Positions 8,601 to 18,978 are shown, numbered from the stretch's first letter. The stretch is DNA of 64,000 nucleotides from a virus (IMGVR_UViG_3300020576_003495:96001-160000); one strand, 5' to 3'. The notes: generated by a model not told the origin, from the letters alone. A program made the numbers and translations.

Positions 8601-11449
8601 TGTGGGCAGACGCCTACGGAGGTAATCCGCCTAAGCCTGTAGACCAAAAAGCCGAAGATAAAAAGAAGTATATCAATTCCTACATTGCAAACATGGTTCC
8701 AGAACACAAACCTATAGAACAGACTATGAACGCCAAGTATGGCGTGGATACTGTTCAGGGTTGGGTTAAGGATTTTAATGCTGACAAGAAAATGCTACAG
8801 GGGAAAAATCTGGATTATTTAGATAACCCATCCCCCGAAGCTGTAGCTGCCATAAGCAGCACTACAAAAACGATTGATGCGGCCTACGGGGACGGCACGG
8901 CAAAATACATGCTGACGGGGCACAAGCCCGATGTTTTGGGTTCAAAACCAAAGCCTACTCAAGAAGATAAAGATTACCTTCTGGCCGCATCCGACACCCT
9001 CGCTGCCACAGGGGCGAAAGTAGCTGATGCTGTGGATTTTGCAAAAAAAGTTAAGATGTTCAACAGCATTTACGGGGAGGGTGCTGCTTCTGCCTACATC
9101 AAAGAAGCTAAAAACTTAAAAATCCCCAATGACATGGACGTAAGTGGTGTCAACGGAACCACCCCACTAGCATGGAAGGAAATAATTAAGGATAACTACG
9201 ACTCGTCTGTGTCGAGTTTGGTTTTTCATTCTAGCGATGTCGAAGATTACCCACAGCTTTCTAATGTGGATAAGAGCTACGGTACGGGGATGCATCAATA
9301 TTGGCTGACACAGCATATTGAAAGTTTGGATAAAGAAGCTAAAACGACGGCACCTACACCAACTACATCTAGCCCTACCCAAGCTCTGCTTGATGCAGGT
9401 AATAAGCTAGGCGCAAGTGGGGCTAAGATCAGAGATATGATTATTTTTGCCAGTAAGGTTACTGAGTACAATAACCTATATGGTGAAGGGTATGCATCAA
9501 AGCACCTAGCAGACACGGATAGTCTTGTTATTCCGTCAGACGACACAGTTGACCAGAACGGGAAGACTGCTGCGGAGTGCAAAAAGTCTTTGGGTGATTC
9601 TTACGACGCAGCAGTTAAAAATGCATACGCCACAAATCAGGCGATACCTGTGTACGCCAAGACAGCTAATGCTAGTTTTGGTTTAGCCACGTACAACTAC
9701 TGGTTGGCGCAGCATATTGAGCAGTTAGCTCAGGGAAAGAGTTCACCAGCACCAATAACTCCAGTAGACCCCAAAGCCGTAAAAGCAGCAACAGCCAAGA
9801 TGAAGAAGTCGGTACTTGCTGCGGCTAAGGCATTAATTGCAAACCCAACATCCCCACAGCATGCCGCAGCGTTTTCAAGCCTATTGTCCGATGCGGACGC
9901 AAAGTACGGCAGTGGCACGGCATTGAAGTGGATTGGTGCGGCAAACAAAAAAGAAGCCAAGGCTAATACGGGAACGGTTGCTGCATTGGAAATGCCAAAA
10001 GAATTGAACGATGTCATCGCAGTGGGGGATAGCGTTAACACGGCAAGCAAAACACAAGTACCCAAATTGCCTGACGTTCTCCCCACGGACAAGACCGAAG
10101 CCGAAGCCCTTAACGAGAAGTTGGGGTTGGCTTACTATACTATTCGTCATGAGAATGGTGGGGATAAAAATGCCCCTGATGTGCTCGCATCCTACAAAGT
10201 GTGGGATACGCTAAAAGACCACATGAAAGCCAATTTGGGCTATGACAAGAGTTTCTTTAGTAGCTCATCTAGCGACTTGAACAGTAAAGCCCAATCTCTA
10301 TGGGACAACAGTGGACAGGCCGCTGCCGATAAAAAAGCAAAAGCCACATCGGATTACGTGGATTCTGTTGCGGCATGGAGTGCTGAAGCGTCAAAGAAGA
10401 ATATTGACCCCGACAACGAAGACTACCTGAAAGATATGATGGTCACGAACGCCAAGCAAGCGGTTATTGCGGGTGTGCCTTCGAATACTATCGGTACGTT
10501 GTTTGAATCAGGTAAAGCTAATTCTGCGGCTTTCGTTAAAAAACAAAAAGACGATGCCATGAAAGAAATAGCGGCGGCAAGTCACGACTACTTCATGAAG
10601 AGCGGTTTAAAGGGTGAGGACGACCCAGAAACTAAAGCCGCTAACATGAACGCTTTGAACATCATGGCAAAGCATAGCATGCTGCTTTCAGAAGCCGAGA
10701 AGATTGACGCTTTCGGAAGGTCGAAGGGTGCTGCTGAAAAAACAGTGGCTAACATGAAGCTGCTGGGCGACTTGGGTGCCGCTGCACAGAAATATGATTC
10801 CGGTGAAATTAATTGCAAATGGGCACCTAAAGGAAGCGACGAGTTTAACCAAGCAAAAGCGGTTGGGGATGCTTTGTGGAAATCTCTTACACCATCGCAA
10901 CGTTCCGCTTTCACAAGCTATACTGGGTCTGGACACAAAGGCGTTAACAAGAATCTGGCACAAGGAACGACTACTGATCTAGCGGATGTTTTATCCAAAG
11001 CCATGGACGGTCAATCTTTGGGGGTTGATGTTAAGCTTGGGCGGAATATGCCGCAGAAGTGGTTTTGGAAGGCGATGGGGCTTCCTAACGACACCAGAGC
11101 AGAAATGAACAATTTGACAGACGAACAGCTTCAAGCTTGTGTGGGTAAGGTTTATCATGAGCCGGGGATAAGTTCAACGTCGTATGATCAGGACTGCGGC
11201 GTGTCCGTTACTAATACGGGGGACCAGTCAGGCTATCTTAAGCTTCACATCAGAGCCGCCAAGGATATTTCACAGGGGTTGTGGATAGATACTCACTCGA
11301 CTTGTTCCAGTGAGCGTGAGGTTATGCTGAACAAAGGGGCAACGTATTTGATTCGTGGAATACAGCGCAATGATACGTCTAGCTACGGCCCGTACTCATA
11401 CACCATTGACCTTGACTTAATCGGCTACACACAGGAACCAAAGAAATGA
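5687..11449 (+). CDS. giant Alt-like ADP-ribosyltransferase with helical repeats, putative virion protein
   Basis: C-terminal R-S-E clade motifs (YTG..N..L, LGRN, ISSTS, EREVML); repeated D.KYG.GTA..W units. Confidence 0.8.
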   Translation: MYSSLLGGTAKTMSNKTPKTPFSALLSKEEKHFPAGYTDPEGHKGGQFAPKDTTGEVAQETKEKPFVYSDGQTSLVNSMAVNKPKEPTAPDVSPEDLIAHHKAGLEKSAKLLNQYIKQDGGKPTDTNAKILAGNIANHVDALSDLGGMSKEELAKGLSTQGLSMWLKKKHGLPLTAQEEKNIASTMKSAIALQNKKQAAKKLEDHKKNSALAEEAKVKFGEDSAQYKKLKNKAEKDLNKAMSYGVLPADAVKEKEVVKENHDAEKVAQLKAIHDAAEELAHQEHMGTQNTAYYNAVSDAVAAAKYADENETNKAIEAGKATNAAKIANGKTLLSISVIAHAQVQHQQHEAKDSDAYKEYKDAANAYKYYYNTGAIYNGLNKDDLKQAVKTGKLAFSSMKANKNMEKVAPPDVPGFEKLAPAPKPAVEVKPESPKTFSDISSEAKAKDGLQQLVDLTTSYNAHMTMPNNQTYYSDFLEAKKNFDTTMGVGYSDKALAAYYALKNNLVDSQAKDKEAEKEAQKKDFFGGLDYLKAYPNDKEASAKLADNHKEINDTYGAGTTLAWLKEYNAKNKQVEPKTFSDFVNDAKGKGNTGKLAYMTNAYSDHKAAPTPDTQAMLNGAKASLDASMGAGYSDKAIAAYDTATTAKPLATSPDGMMLAKDKSDYFKAIDSTPDSPKGEADPKLMQMKLDIDKKYGDGTANSWIAEKIKGMHADAAVKENVKASYLSILNYANPDASQQSAIAEMKKNIDAKYGDGTATTWMTENIKAVGQAATAKSYDYGKQEYNLTDTKADALAALRIPHTLDDKSDLIQNIIDKAKADIDLASGVKDAGLKYLNGKYTDHSNDNPNPEFSNFAKEVATKMLVDAQAKVDSLVDPILELSKKDAVKALTGLKQDVDKYLGQGASADLLDSYDEAKADHKKQFFAKMDAVQGGKANADNALALGMHINKVDELFGKGTSSLWADEFNSKKLWADAYGGNPPKPVDQKAEDKKKYINSYIANMVPEHKPIEQTMNAKYGVDTVQGWVKDFNADKKMLQGKNLDYLDNPSPEAVAAISSTTKTIDAAYGDGTAKYMLTGHKPDVLGSKPKPTQEDKDYLLAASDTLAATGAKVADAVDFAKKVKMFNSIYGEGAASAYIKEAKNLKIPNDMDVSGVNGTTPLAWKEIIKDNYDSSVSSLVFHSSDVEDYPQLSNVDKSYGTGMHQYWLTQHIESLDKEAKTTAPTPTTSSPTQALLDAGNKLGASGAKIRDMIIFASKVTEYNNLYGEGYASKHLADTDSLVIPSDDTVDQNGKTAAECKKSLGDSYDAAVKNAYATNQAIPVYAKTANASFGLATYNYWLAQHIEQLAQGKSSPAPITPVDPKAVKAATAKMKKSVLAAAKALIANPTSPQHAAAFSSLLSDADAKYGSGTALKWIGAANKKEAKANTGTVAALEMPKELNDVIAVGDSVNTASKTQVPKLPDVLPTDKTEAEALNEKLGLAYYTIRHENGGDKNAPDVLASYKVWDTLKDHMKANLGYDKSFFSSSSSDLNSKAQSLWDNSGQAAADKKAKATSDYVDSVAAWSAEASKKNIDPDNEDYLKDMMVTNAKQAVIAGVPSNTIGTLFESGKANSAAFVKKQKDDAMKEIAAASHDYFMKSGLKGEDDPETKAANMNALNIMAKHSMLLSEAEKIDAFGRSKGAAEKTVANMKLLGDLGAAAQKYDSGEINCKWAPKGSDEFNQAKAVGDALWKSLTPSQRSAFTSYTGSGHKGVNKNLAQGTTTDLADVLSKAMDGQSLGVDVKLGRNMPQKWFWKAMGLPNDTRAEMNNLTDEQLQACVGKVYHEPGISSTSYDQDCGVSVTNTGDQSGYLKLHIRAAKDISQGLWIDTHSTCSSEREVMLNKGATYLIRGIQRNDTSSYGPYSYTIDLDLIGYTQEPKK

Positions 11450-12699
11450 TTTTCTCTAAACTTTTCAAAAAAGAACCGATAAGTGAAAAGCAGCGTGTCA
11501 TGGGGCGTGTGGATGATGAGAGTTCATACGGGGAGTCCCTAGACAGCCAGTGCCAAACCTGCCGTTGGTATCATCCCGCACAGGCGACATGCGAAGCCTT
11601 TCCAGAGGGTGTCCCCACACTAATTTTGATGGGGGCTTACGACCACACCTACCCCTATGCCGATGAAGATTTAACGTATGAACCCAACCTTGCTACACGC
11701 ATAAACTCTGTAGTGAAGGGAAGCAAAGATCAACCTCGTATTCCTAAAGGAAACCCCGGTGGTGGGGAGTTTGCTTCCGAAGGATTTTCAGCGGCATCGT
11801 TTGCTAAAAAGAAGATTGATCCTTACGCCAAGATGTCTTCTATGGACAGGATGAAACGGGGCTATGCGTTAGCCAGTAAAATTCTTTCCAAGGAAGATTA
11901 CAACGATTTTGTAGCCAAGCAAAATGAGTTGCAGGACGATATTGCCAATGGAAAAATAACAGCCAAGTTTTACACCAAGGATGGTGATGAAAAAACCTAC
12001 ACATCCGAGCGGACTCAGGTTCATAACGATCTAATAAAAGAATACATGGGGGATATTTCCCGATTTTTACCCGAAAAAGGGAAAGAGCCTACCTTTACCA
12101 TCATCGGGGGTAGAGCAGGGTCAGGTAAGGGCGGGTTAGACGAGAAGGGTCTTAAAGAGTACGACAGGAACAAACAACTGGTGATTGACAGCGACATAGT
12201 GAAAAGTATGCTCCCTGATTACGATCCAGAAAAAGCCCACCTTTTTCACAAGGAAGCGCACTATCTTGTGACCCGTCTGTTACGGCAAGCCAGAAAACTG
12301 CATATCAATACGGTATATGACTCTACGATGAGCCAAGATGATTCCAGAGTTGTACAGACCTTCCATCGTCACCAATTTTCTACACGGGCTGTCTTTATGC
12401 ATGTGCCCCCATATGAATCTGCGGGACGCTCTTTGCTACGGTGGGCTAACGTAGGAAAAAAGAAGAAAGATGGCACACCAGACAGGGGGCGGCTGGTTAA
12501 TCCTCAGATTTGTTTGGGGATGACTAATAACGAGAGTAACTTTGACAAGACAAAAAAGCACGCAGACAGTTGGGCGTTCTACCGCAACGACGCCCCATCA
12601 AAGCTGGTTCCTGCCAGTCTGTACGCAACTGAAAAGGGTGTGGTGTCGGACGATCCCAAGGTGAAGAAGTATTCAAAACTATTGACAAACTATACCTAA
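11446..12699 (+). CDS. zeta-toxin-like P-loop kinase with Cys-rich N-terminal module
   Basis: GGRAGSGKG Walker A, IDSDIVK, HKEA, YDSTM; N-terminal CxxC...CEAFPEGVP. Confidence 0.8.
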   Translation: MIFSKLFKKEPISEKQRVMGRVDDESSYGESLDSQCQTCRWYHPAQATCEAFPEGVPTLILMGAYDHTYPYADEDLTYEPNLATRINSVVKGSKDQPRIPKGNPGGGEFASEGFSAASFAKKKIDPYAKMSSMDRMKRGYALASKILSKEDYNDFVAKQNELQDDIANGKITAKFYTKDGDEKTYTSERTQVHNDLIKEYMGDISRFLPEKGKEPTFTIIGGRAGSGKGGLDEKGLKEYDRNKQLVIDSDIVKSMLPDYDPEKAHLFHKEAHYLVTRLLRQARKLHINTVYDSTMSQDDSRVVQTFHRHQFSTRAVFMHVPPYESAGRSLLRWANVGKKKKDGTPDRGRLVNPQICLGMTNNESNFDKTKKHADSWAFYRNDAPSKLVPASLYATEKGVVSDDPKVKKYSKLLTNYT

Positions 12700-12732
12700 A
12701 GTGCTACACTTTAATAAAGAGAGGACTATTAA

Positions 12733-12945
12733 ATGAAATATGTTGATACATGCACACCCGAAGAAAGAGAACATCGTGCGCTCGCGGCAATGAAAGAGAT
12801 GGACGAAGCGTATAGCCTTGTCACTGACATGACTGACGACGATGGGGATTACGCCCTGATGAAGTTCTTAGGCACTAAGATTGAAGACCTTCCAGAAGAA
12901 GAAGATCGTAAGAATTACTCTGCCTATCTTAAGGCTAATCCTTGA
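12733..12945 (+). CDS. small acidic protein (candidate immunity protein)
   Basis: own promoter and GAGGA RBS, directly after kinase gene. Confidence 0.65.
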   Translation: MKYVDTCTPEEREHRALAAMKEMDEAYSLVTDMTDDDGDYALMKFLGTKIEDLPEEEDRKNYSAYLKANP

Positions 12946-13003
12946 CAAATTAACTAAGCTGTAGTAAATTGGCTACATCGAACAACTTCCCACGGAGGGG
13001 AAA

Positions 13004-13327
13004 ATGCAAAAAGTAAGTAAAAAGGTAAGACCCTGCTCAAAAGCGCACCAACGCTATTTGGACTTGGTGACGGGCTATGGCATGTCGACGGAAGTTCGTA
13101 CCAAGACGGGGTTTCCAGTACGGGTGTGGATGAATGTTCAACCTGCTGATTTTGAAGTGGGGATCAATCGTTCCTACGTTGATGAGTTTGTTATCACCAC
13201 GAGAAACGGCTTTGAAGTGCCTTGGCTCAAGTTATCTGAGGATGAACAGGAAGATTTAGTCATCAAGGCGCGTGAGCAACTGGACGTTGACGAAGACTTC
13301 TGCGAGCCAGATAGCTACTACGACTAG
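13004..13327 (+). CDS. hypothetical protein
   Basis: promoter and GGAGG RBS. Confidence 0.7.
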   Translation: MQKVSKKVRPCSKAHQRYLDLVTGYGMSTEVRTKTGFPVRVWMNVQPADFEVGINRSYVDEFVITTRNGFEVPWLKLSEDEQEDLVIKAREQLDVDEDFCEPDSYYD

Positions 13328-13454
13328 GAGCTATGCTTAGCCGTTAGGAAGTTGTATCATGGGGGTAGTTACTCTAAAAGGCATCCCCCATGTACGCACG
13401 CATATTGAAGCGCGAACTGAAGCTAGCCTTCAACCCATATCACGACGACCGACC

Positions 13455-14111
13455 ATGCTAGTTTACCTCATTACTAGCAAAGATACGGGTAGGGTTTATG
13501 TCGGTCAAACAGTACGCCCTTTACACAAAAGAATGTATCGGCATTGGGAGCATGCTAGGCGTGGGCGTATGCACCCTTTATACGCAGCTATTAGAAAGTA
13601 TGGGGAGTCATCTTTTAGCGTGCGTGTTCTGGAAGTTGTTACAACACAGGAAGAGCTAGATTCAGCAGAACGTAAATGGGTGTTGTACTTTAATAGCGTA
13701 CACCCAGAGGGATACAACTTACGTGGTGGGGGAAGAGGGCGTGGAGAAATTAGTAAAGACACGCTACAACGCATGTCCGAATCGCATAAAGGTTTTGTCG
13801 TAAAAGAGGACACAAAAGAAAAAATACGTGCAGCCATGAAAGTCCGTTTCTTTTCTCCTGAGCATAGGGCGAGAATAAGTGCAGCTAAAAAAGGAAAAAA
13901 GGTGCCCTCGATGTTAGGTAAACTAAGCGGAGAAGCCAGTCACTTTTCTAAACATTCTTGGGAAGTCGTTAACGCTGTTAGGCTTGATTATGCTTCGGGC
14001 GGCTATCGCCAATTTGAGTTGTCTAAGAAGTACGGAATTAAAGCGGCAAGTCTATGCATGATTCTCAGTGGTAAGACTTGGAAAACGGAGAACTATCATG
14101 CCCCTATATAG
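13455..14111 (+). CDS. GIY-YIG homing endonuclease with NUMOD3-like repeats
   Basis: LVYLIT...VYVGQT, R...H, GYN, HRARISAAKKGK. Confidence 0.9.
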   Translation: MLVYLITSKDTGRVYVGQTVRPLHKRMYRHWEHARRGRMHPLYAAIRKYGESSFSVRVLEVVTTQEELDSAERKWVLYFNSVHPEGYNLRGGGRGRGEISKDTLQRMSESHKGFVVKEDTKEKIRAAMKVRFFSPEHRARISAAKKGKKVPSMLGKLSGEASHFSKHSWEVVNAVRLDYASGGYRQFELSKKYGIKAASLCMILSGKTWKTENYHAPI

Positions 14112-14946
14112 TAGGATATTAAAACGTGACCTTAAATTAGCATTCAACGTGTACCACGGGGATGATGGTAAATTTACGGACGCCGAGCATTCCGTTATTG
14201 AATCGGGGCATGCGGGGATCACTCAAGCCCGAAGCTACGGCAAAGACCATGATCAAGCTAAAGGCGCTATCGCTGAATCCACCAACCGTGGGAGAAGCAG
14301 GGCTAGCAAAGGTATCCGCGCCGATGTCGATTCCTTTTTCAAACTAAACGAAAATCAAAAAATACGTCGTAGCGCTGTCTCTGGCGTCTACCCTCACGCC
14401 GATGACGACGGTGTTAAGCACGTGCAAGCGGTTCAATCTGACATGGTTTATACTGATCGTCAGAAGTCGGGGATCATTCAGTCGCAAATAAACAATACGC
14501 TGATGGACGCATCAATGATGAAGGCAGGGCTGTACGGAAAGAACGCTGTTATCTTCCAATCTGACCCGCACCTGAAAGCCAAAGAACAAGTATCCAAGAA
14601 GATTCTCATGCACGCGGGGACAAAGGCATTCCACAGTCTCAATGGTGCAACCAAAGCATTGGAAGAATCCGGCCTACACGGCTATGCAATCGTTCAGAAA
14701 GAGTCCAACGGCTTCAATGTGAGCATTGACATACCCAAGCAGAACAGTGCCCACGGGAAGGGATTACGCGCCCTTGCAGTGATGTTCCGAAGGAAGTACG
14801 GCTTGACAGGGGAACACTTCAACGGTCAGTGCACGTTGTTGAGAGCGAACAACGTTGACACCAAGGTAAGTCAGCGGTTAGCCTCAGATGCTACTGCAAC
14901 AGCAAAATACGCCGAGTTGAAAACCAAATACGTACAAGGTAAATAA
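14098..14946 (+). CDS. hypothetical putative virion effector
   Basis: leader LYSRILK and FNVYHGDDGKF motif. Confidence 0.65.
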   Translation: MPLYSRILKRDLKLAFNVYHGDDGKFTDAEHSVIESGHAGITQARSYGKDHDQAKGAIAESTNRGRSRASKGIRADVDSFFKLNENQKIRRSAVSGVYPHADDDGVKHVQAVQSDMVYTDRQKSGIIQSQINNTLMDASMMKAGLYGKNAVIFQSDPHLKAKEQVSKKILMHAGTKAFHSLNGATKALEESGLHGYAIVQKESNGFNVSIDIPKQNSAHGKGLRALAVMFRRKYGLTGEHFNGQCTLLRANNVDTKVSQRLASDATATAKYAELKTKYVQGK

Positions 14947-14948
14947 CC

Positions 14949-15131
14949 ATGAAGAAGCTGCCTGAGTATATCGCTGGACAATCCCCTACGGATTATTACG
15001 AATCTTGTTTAGCCGCAGGGTGGACAGAGGATGAGTTGGATGCTGCGTTTGAAAACGACTTCCCAGAAGGCGACGATGCCTATACAGAGTTGGATGTGTA
15101 CGATGGTGAAGGTGTGCCTGACGATGCCTGA
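14949..15131 (+). CDS. small acidic protein (candidate immunity protein)
   Basis: translationally coupled, D/E rich, terminator at 15143-15163. Confidence 0.65.
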   Translation: MKKLPEYIAGQSPTDYYESCLAAGWTEDELDAAFENDFPEGDDAYTELDVYDGEGVPDDA

Positions 15132-15378
15132 TGCACTACCAAGCCCCCACGAGGGGCTTTTTTAATGGTAGTTCGGCACAGCATGACTTATTCTGTTCCG
15201 TCCGGTGAACGTCGGTGTGAGCGGTGTCAGCAGTATCGACTGAGTTCAAAGGGTAAGTACGTCAATAAGACTTTGTTGAGGCGGCAGTGGCTCTGTGAGT
15301 TTTGTTTGGCGGCGGTTGACAAGCCTGTTCCTGCCCTATAAACTCAGCGGCATACTAAACCATAGTTTTGGGAACATC

Positions 15379-16179
15379 ATGCTTAAGGTACTTGAGTACA
15401 CCGACAAAAGTTACACGCCCTTTTCATTGTGTTTGAGCACACCCCACGAAGAACCTGACGATGCCTATAACATCTTGTCATTTGCATTTATCAAATGGGC
15501 GTGGTACATCAAAGTCCCGCAGTTCATCAAGCCCGTAGGTAAGAAGGTTAAAGTGACCACATGGGACGCGGCGACAATCGCTCGATTAGGGCGGGACTGG
15601 TACATGGACTACACACCAAAGAACTACGGTTTTACCTTCTTGGAAGACTCCATTCACATAGCCCACGGTATTCAACCGGGGTGCTTCATTTCCAACGACA
15701 AGAAAAACTCTGACCACGTAAAGATATGGGATTACCCGTGGAACTACACGCATGTCAGGAACACGATTTATACTCGAAACGGCGGTGAGTATAGTTATGG
15801 TGATTGGCACAAGCATGACAGGGTAAAGTACGATATTAAAGATCGTGACCTTGCTTGGCTTAGTGATCCCACAGGAGCGTATTACTATTTCATATATCGT
15901 GACACGTTTGATGGGATGGACATACCCACTAAAGCGCATGTTTCTGAGCGTGAGTGGCGCAGAGGAAAAAGTAAGTTTTGGCGTGTACTTCTTAGTATTT
16001 TTCCCAGCAGCAAAAAAGTTGTTTGTAGCCTAGAAATAGAATTCAAACATGAGGTTGGTGCACGAAAAGGATCATGGAAAGGCGGCACCATGGCTATGAA
16101 TATGGCGATGCTTGACGGTGAATCCGTGAATGATGCTATTTCTCGATTCAATACTACTTCCGCAGGGAATAAACGATAA
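15379..16179 (+). CDS. hypothetical protein
   Basis: long ORF; start chosen at internal ATG. Confidence 0.65.
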   Translation: MLKVLEYTDKSYTPFSLCLSTPHEEPDDAYNILSFAFIKWAWYIKVPQFIKPVGKKVKVTTWDAATIARLGRDWYMDYTPKNYGFTFLEDSIHIAHGIQPGCFISNDKKNSDHVKIWDYPWNYTHVRNTIYTRNGGEYSYGDWHKHDRVKYDIKDRDLAWLSDPTGAYYYFIYRDTFDGMDIPTKAHVSEREWRRGKSKFWRVLLSIFPSSKKVVCSLEIEFKHEVGARKGSWKGGTMAMNMAMLDGESVNDAISRFNTTSAGNKR

Positions 16180-16366
16180 TGGAAACTCAAGGAACAACGC
16201 TTTTGATTGAGAGTGAGAAGCGTGTGGGTGCAGTGTCTTTTTGTGAGTTCATGGCGCGTCGTTTGATGGAGTGTATTGAAGAATCCGGTGGGGACTTTAC
16301 CCGATTGGATAACTCAGGTGCCGAGTGGGTTCTGATGGTCGTAAACGAATACGAGAGTGGTGCACG

Positions 16367-16888
16367 TTGATTTCTGTTGGCCTTGATCTTTCTACCCGCA
16401 CAGGTTTTGTGGCGCTTTCAGATGATCCACCGAAGCAGTTTTCTGATGAGCTATCCACACCAAAGAAGGGTTTTGCACGCCTAGCGTGGTTTCGAGAGCG
16501 CGTGTTGAAATTACTTGCAACGTACCCACCCGATTTGGTGGTGATTGAGGGCTATGCTTTTTCAGGAAAGTTCACCAACTCGTTTCAGTACGAGATTGGT
16601 TCGGTGGTTCGCATGGCACTCTATGATGCGGGGATCGTGTGGGTTGATATACCCCCAACCACGTTGAAGGCGTCTATGGGGTCTGGTGCCAGCAAGAAGG
16701 AAAAGATTTTATTAGAAGTATTCAAGCGGTGGGGGTTTGATGCTACCACTAACAACATTGCTGATGCTTTCGTGCTGGCTAAAATTGGTCAGGCTATATT
16801 GGGTGTTGATGTGGGGTTCACCAAAGCAGGATTAGCATCCATTTTTAAAGTTGAATCGGTGAAGGGTTATGTCGCAAGTAAAGCCTAG
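16367..16888 (+). CDS. RuvC-like Holliday junction resolvase
   Basis: GLDLSTRTG, VVIEGY, K, NNIADA catalytic pattern. Confidence 0.88.
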   Translation: MISVGLDLSTRTGFVALSDDPPKQFSDELSTPKKGFARLAWFRERVLKLLATYPPDLVVIEGYAFSGKFTNSFQYEIGSVVRMALYDAGIVWVDIPPTTLKASMGSGASKKEKILLEVFKRWGFDATTNNIADAFVLAKIGQAILGVDVGFTKAGLASIFKVESVKGYVASKA

Positions 16889-17150
16889 AATTTTTGCGAT
16901 TAATGAGTTTGAGGTCTGGTCTGCTTTTACACAGAAGGATGCTGTAGCTGCATCCATGCTGTTATCCGGTCTTTCTGAGGATTACACGCTAGACCCTTAT
17001 CATGCTAAAGAGATTTCGATCAAAGAAGCAACCAAACGGCGTGTGACTTCCCCCTCGGGAGAGGAAACAACGCTCTACGCTCTGTACGTTGCCGCACAGA
17101 CGGTGCCGTGTTTGCTGCATACCCTAGAAACTACAGAAGGCGACCGTTAA
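16869..17150 (+). CDS. hypothetical protein
   Basis: overlapping coupled ORF. Confidence 0.55.
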   Translation: MSQVKPRIFAINEFEVWSAFTQKDAVAASMLLSGLSEDYTLDPYHAKEISIKEATKRRVTSPSGEETTLYALYVAAQTVPCLLHTLETTEGDR

Positions 17151-17261
17151 CTTATTTGGTTGACTTTTGTTTTGTCAAGTGGTACAGTAGCGGCATAAGT
17201 ACAGAGTTACTTTCTCAGGGGCACTGCCCCGTTATGTTATTCCATTTTTTAGGAGCATACT

Positions 17262-18029
17262 ATGTCTACCCTTGAATTGCTTAAAAAGTCAGCAAAGAAG
17301 TCTGAGTCGTCCGAAGATCAGATTCTTGACGTAGCGCACGAGATTGAAAATCTCACACAGGACAAGGCGGAAGCACTGGTCTTTGAACTGCTGGATCAAG
17401 ACAACTCAAATGCCTTCAAGCTGGGCGGCGTTCTATCAGTCATCAAGTCGAACGGCTGGTTCGATGGTTTCAAGGACTACAAGGATTACGTGTCCAAGAC
17501 CTTCGGCCTTGAATACCGCAAGGCGCAGTATTGGATCGGTATCTATGACAAGCTGGTTGGCGAGTCGATTTCGTGGTCTAAGGTGTCGTCCTTGGGCTGG
17601 ACTAAAGTTTCCATTCTTTGCCCGGTGCTGACCGAAGCTAACGTTGACGAGTGGGTTGAAAAAGCCAGCAAGGTTAATTGCGACACGCTTAAGGCGATGG
17701 TCAAGGCGGCTTTGGGTGGCGATGCCGACGAAGGCGTACCCGAGAAGGTGACCACGGATGTATCCAAGCTGGCGTTCACGGTGCATGCCGACCAGAAGGA
17801 AACCATCAAGTCGGCGCTTGAAAAGGCGAAGGAAGAAACGGCTACGGAGTTTGACACCGTGGCGCTTGAAAACATCTGTATCGGTTACCTTGGTGGTTCG
17901 GTCAGTGTTGAAAAGAGCCTGAAGCAGATTCTGTCTGAAGCGGGGTACAAAGCGGTGCTTGATACGTTCGGTGAAATCTGGCCTGACATCGGCATCGTCA
18001 TTGACGAAAAAACTTTGCCGCAAGCGTAA
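17262..18029 (+). CDS. DUF3102-like putative DNA-binding protein (paralog 1)
   Basis: LGGVL..IK...F.DY...FG..YRKAQY.IGIY...LGWTK; strong RBS and codon bias. Confidence 0.6.
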   Translation: MSTLELLKKSAKKSESSEDQILDVAHEIENLTQDKAEALVFELLDQDNSNAFKLGGVLSVIKSNGWFDGFKDYKDYVSKTFGLEYRKAQYWIGIYDKLVGESISWSKVSSLGWTKVSILCPVLTEANVDEWVEKASKVNCDTLKAMVKAALGGDADEGVPEKVTTDVSKLAFTVHADQKETIKSALEKAKEETATEFDTVALENICIGYLGGSVSVEKSLKQILSEAGYKAVLDTFGEIWPDIGIVIDEKTLPQA

Positions 18030-18390
18030 GTCTGGTTTTTAGCGTCGGTGCATGGCTAGTTGAGTCCCCGCTTCGGCGGGGATTTTCTTTGTGAGGATTA
18101 CAATGATCGTCCTTAAGAGTAAAGGCAAGCTAGTTCCCTTGAAACCCTTTGACCCATCGCTGAAGAAGGGGATGGATACCTACATTGTTAACAGGAAAAC
18201 AGGAAGGCGGTTCAAGGTAAAAAAGTACTACCCGCTAACGGGTGAATTGCATTTGATTGACCTCAGCGGCGGCAGGATAAAATCCATGCTCAGACCCCAT
18301 TTAGGGTTGAACTACGACGTGGTGCGAGAGAAGAAGTCTTGACAAATTATACGCTGTGTGTAATACTATAGTTTTATTTAGGGGGTGTGC

Positions 18391-18978
18391 AGCATGTTTG
18401 ATTTTTTGCGTATAACGAGTCTTGCTGATGTTCTTTTAGTGTTAGGCGTGTTGATCCTCTTGTTCTCCTTGGGGTACTTTGCACTTGATTTTTACCGAAC
18501 CTTAGCGGGGCTAGCTCGCCGGGGAAAGGACAAGCCACCTGTCGGTGAAGACACAGTACAGGGTCTTGAAGCACAGATAAAAGAACTAGACTTGGCGTTG
18601 TTCATGAATAAGCAGCGGCTTGAGGAAGCCGAAGCAGACCGTGATAACCTAGTCAAGATTAAAGCCCACATGGAGTTGCTAGAGCATCTACTTGGCACAG
18701 CGCAGAACTACATTAAATTGTTGGAAGAACTGCGCGACACGCCAAGCGCACCTGCCCCCGAAGCAGAGAGTTTTGATTTCTTTGCTTTGGTGTCTTCAGC
18801 GCTGGACGATATTGGTACGCCAGAGAACCTGTATGAAGCTGGCGTCTACAATGGCTTGGCTTCAATTCTCAAGGTGTCTGGTGAAGTTGTTGACGTGGTT
18901 GATCCGAAGAAATACCCACAGCCAGCGAAACCGTTTGCGCGTGGAAAAGACGGTCGGTTTTGTAGGGCATCTGCCTGA
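18391..18978 (+). CDS. membrane-anchored coiled-coil protein
   Basis: N-terminal hydrophobic helix, heptad region. Confidence 0.65.
   Translation, partial: SMFDFLRITSLADVLLVLGVLILLFSLGYFALDFYRTLAGLARRGKDKPPVGEDTVQGLEAQIKELDLALFMNKQRLEEAEADRDNLVKIKAHMELLEHLLGTAQNYIKLLEELRDTPSAPAPEAESFDFFALVSSALDDIGTPENLYEAGVYNGLASILKVSGEVVDVVDPKKYPQPAKPFARGKDGRFCRASA

Noticed and set aside
6025-10963. Minus-strand ORFs within the giant ART gene and similar shadows elsewhere
   Set aside because: Antisense shadows of codon-biased + strand genes.
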